A stretch of 41,676 bases of DNA from an uncultured Actinomycetes bacterium. Lineage in GTDB: Bacteria; Actinomycetota; Thermoleophilia; UBA2241. Shown one piece after another: positions 39,984 to 41,676 of this stretch (positions are counted from its first letter, which is position 1; every line of letters begins with the position of its first letter). The position numbers and the translations under genes are program-made. The notes beneath the pieces are model-generated. The model was given only the letters and a program-made list of their open reading frames with translations. It made no database searches and was not told the DNA's origin. Location of the stretch: the NCBI GenBank assembly GCA_963755025.1, contig CAVWIH010000007.1, positions 1 through 41,676 of the forward strand, read 5' to 3'.

Positions 39984-40183
39984 TCGGGTTCTCCTTTCGG
40001 CACGGCGCGCTTACCCGCGGAGTATATCAGTAGGCCCGCGGCAAGAGAGCGCCCGCTCACACACGCTTGTATTGCGAGTATCGTCGTTTCCGGCCGCCAA
40101 CATGAGCGTGAGGGTCACGAAAAGCGTGGGGGAGAGACGCGCATGGTAGAATCGAGCGTCGTGTGGGGGGATTGGACCGACCA

Positions 40184-40723
40184 ATGAGCTTTACGGGGAC
40201 TTTGTCCGAGCTCGGCTTGTGCGACCTCGTCGAGATCACCACGCTGGGCGCCAAGACCGGGGTGCTCGACGTCGTGCACTCAGACGGCGCGCCCGCCGGG
40301 CGTCTCGCCTTTCGCGACGGCGCGCTCGTCAGCGCCTCGTGTGGCGCGCTCAGCGGGGCGCGCGGGTTTTACGCCTTGCTCGCCCTCGAGCAGGGCGCGT
40401 TCGTGTTCGATCCCGAGCGCGACCCCGGCGAGAGCGTCGGCGACACCCTGCCGACCCGCTCGCTGCTCATGGAGGCCATGCGCCGCGTCGACGAGATCGG
40501 CCACCTGCGCACCGCCCTGCCGGCCGCCGCGCGCGTCGCGGCGCGCGCCGACGACCCTCGCGACGACGTCGAGGCGGCCGTCCTCGCCCGTCTCGCGCCG
40601 GGGCCGCTGGCGGTGAGCGAGGTCGTCGCCGGGGTGGTCGCCGATGGTCGCGCCGACGACTACGACGTGTTGCAGGCGCTGGCGCGGCTGCGGGAACGCG
40701 GTATCGTCGACCTGCCCGGCTGA
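40184..40723 (+). CDS. DUF4388 (PatA_N-like) domain protein
   Basis: MSFTGTLSELGLCDLVE...KTGVL...GRLAFRDGALVSA...GAFVF...LLMEAMRRVDE; TG-G-TAGAAT at 40144-40152. Confidence 0.85.
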   Translation: MSFTGTLSELGLCDLVEITTLGAKTGVLDVVHSDGAPAGRLAFRDGALVSASCGALSGARGFYALLALEQGAFVFDPERDPGESVGDTLPTRSLLMEAMRRVDEIGHLRTALPAAARVAARADDPRDDVEAAVLARLAPGPLAVSEVVAGVVADGRADDYDVLQALARLRERGIVDLPG

Positions 40724-40806
40724 CCACGGCAGCACGGGCACTCAAGGCTGTTTGCCAATAGACCAAGCGTGGTGTGCAGGGTCGTGGGGAACATCTCAAC
40801 GTGAAG

Positions 40807-40835
40807 TTGAAGGTTGCCCCGGTGTCCTGTAAGCT
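40807..40835 (+). promoter_or_regulatory. Sigma-70-type promoter of the rsiG-FHA-merR operon
   Basis: TTGAAG-N17-TAAGCT. Confidence 0.5.
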
Positions 40836-40869
40836 CTCCACCCTGGTCGCTATCACGGAAGGACAAGCG

Positions 40870-41160
40870 ATGGACGACTTCATCGACCTCGTTTCGCTGT
40901 CCGACGAGGAGCTCAAGGCGCTCATCGGCACGCTCACTACCGAAGAGCACGAAGTCTCACGGCAGCGACGCATCCTGCACGGCAAGATCGACATCCTGCG
41001 GGCCGAGCTCGTGTTGCGCCTGCAGCGCCACCACCTCGAAGGCGAATCGATCATCACGGCCGACGACGTCAGCCGGCTCTCCGAGATCCTCGCCGGCAAG
41101 CGCGGCGCCACCGACCCCGGTCACGGCAAACCCGACGACCCGGCCGGCGGCAAGGACTAG
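40870..41160 (+). CDS. rsiG: Single-motif RsiG-type c-di-GMP-binding anti-sigma factor
   Basis: LSDEELKALI...EHEVSRQRRILHGKIDILRAEL gives ExxxSxxRxxxHxxxD; GGAAGG RBS. Confidence 0.8.
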   Translation: MDDFIDLVSLSDEELKALIGTLTTEEHEVSRQRRILHGKIDILRAELVLRLQRHHLEGESIITADDVSRLSEILAGKRGATDPGHGKPDDPAGGKD

Positions 41161-41163
41161 GCC

Positions 41164-41619
41164 GTGTTCTGCCCCAACTGCGGGTACCGCAACTCCCAGG
41201 GCGTGAACTTCTGCGTGCGCTGCGGCGCGAGCCTGATCGCCGATCAGCCCGATCCCCAGAACACCATGAACTACTCGCCGGGCGAGACACCTGAGCGGCT
41301 CGAACCGCTGGCGGGCGACGTGCCCGACAGCGCCACGCTCGTCATTCGCAGCGGCGGCGGTCGCGCCGGCGAGACCTACGGCCTCGCCGCGCAGCGCACC
41401 ACCATCGGGCGCCACCCCGACTCCGACATCTTTCTCGACGATGTCACCGTCTCCCGCAACCACGCCGTCGTCACCCGCGAAGACGACGCCTGCGTCATCG
41501 CCGACCAGGGCAGCCTCAACGGCACCTACGTCAACCGGCGGCGCATCGAGCGGCAGACCCTGCTCGACGGCGACGAGCTGCAGATCGGCAAGTACAAGCT
41601 CACGTACATCACGCCGTGA
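41164..41619 (+). CDS. Zinc-ribbon plus FHA domain protein (GarA-like)
   Basis: FCPNCG...NFCVRCG; TTIGRHPDSDIFLDDVTVSRNHA, DQGSLNGTYVN, GDELQIGKYKL. Confidence 0.92.
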   Translation: MFCPNCGYRNSQGVNFCVRCGASLIADQPDPQNTMNYSPGETPERLEPLAGDVPDSATLVIRSGGGRAGETYGLAAQRTTIGRHPDSDIFLDDVTVSRNHAVVTREDDACVIADQGSLNGTYVNRRRIERQTLLDGDELQIGKYKLTYITP

Positions 41620-41676
41620 ACGAAAAGACGGAAGTCCTGTTCGACATCGGCGACGAAAAGCTCATGACCATCGGGG
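41616..41676 (+). CDS. Start of a probable MerR-family regulator (truncated by window end)
   Basis: GTG overlapping the FHA stop, reading NEKTEVLFDIGDEKLMTIG; MTIG and the position after an FHA gene fit MerR. Confidence 0.5.
   Translation, partial: MNEKTEVLFDIGDEKLMTIG

Overview
Very GC-rich actinobacterial chromosome segment, probably class Thermoleophilia (inferred from gene order and a single-motif RsiG). Bases 1-~1062 are the end of a mobile element inserted in comM/yifB. They carry a frameshifted primase-like gene with a Zn-binding tail, and the junction looks like a serine-integrase att site. The core block follows: comM 3' part, dprA, xerC, whiG, rpsB, tsf, pyrH, frr, uppS, cdsA, dxr, rseP. 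A 5-unit 58/59-bp tandem array lies between cdsA and dxr, and S2 has an unusually long tail. A ~12.6-kb glycosylation block splits rseP from ispG: rfbF-rfbG-rfbH, two membrane GT-C-like proteins, GtrA, GtrB, an SDR, a ThDP enzyme, an aldolase and a HAD hydrolase. It suggests a branched 3,6-dideoxysugar transferred via a lipid carrier. The right part holds a DUF2723 protein, proS, an XRE regulator, a methyltransferase, tRNA-Pro(GGG), a CDP-alcohol phosphotransferase, an NDP-sugar pyrophosphorylase/phosphomutase fusion, VanW, Myxococcus-type mglBA, DUF4388, rsiG, an FHA protein and the start of a MerR gene. Several genes contain indels, most densely in the first 3.4 kb; these may be long-read consensus errors. 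All family calls come from recognising motifs by eye, with no database searches run.
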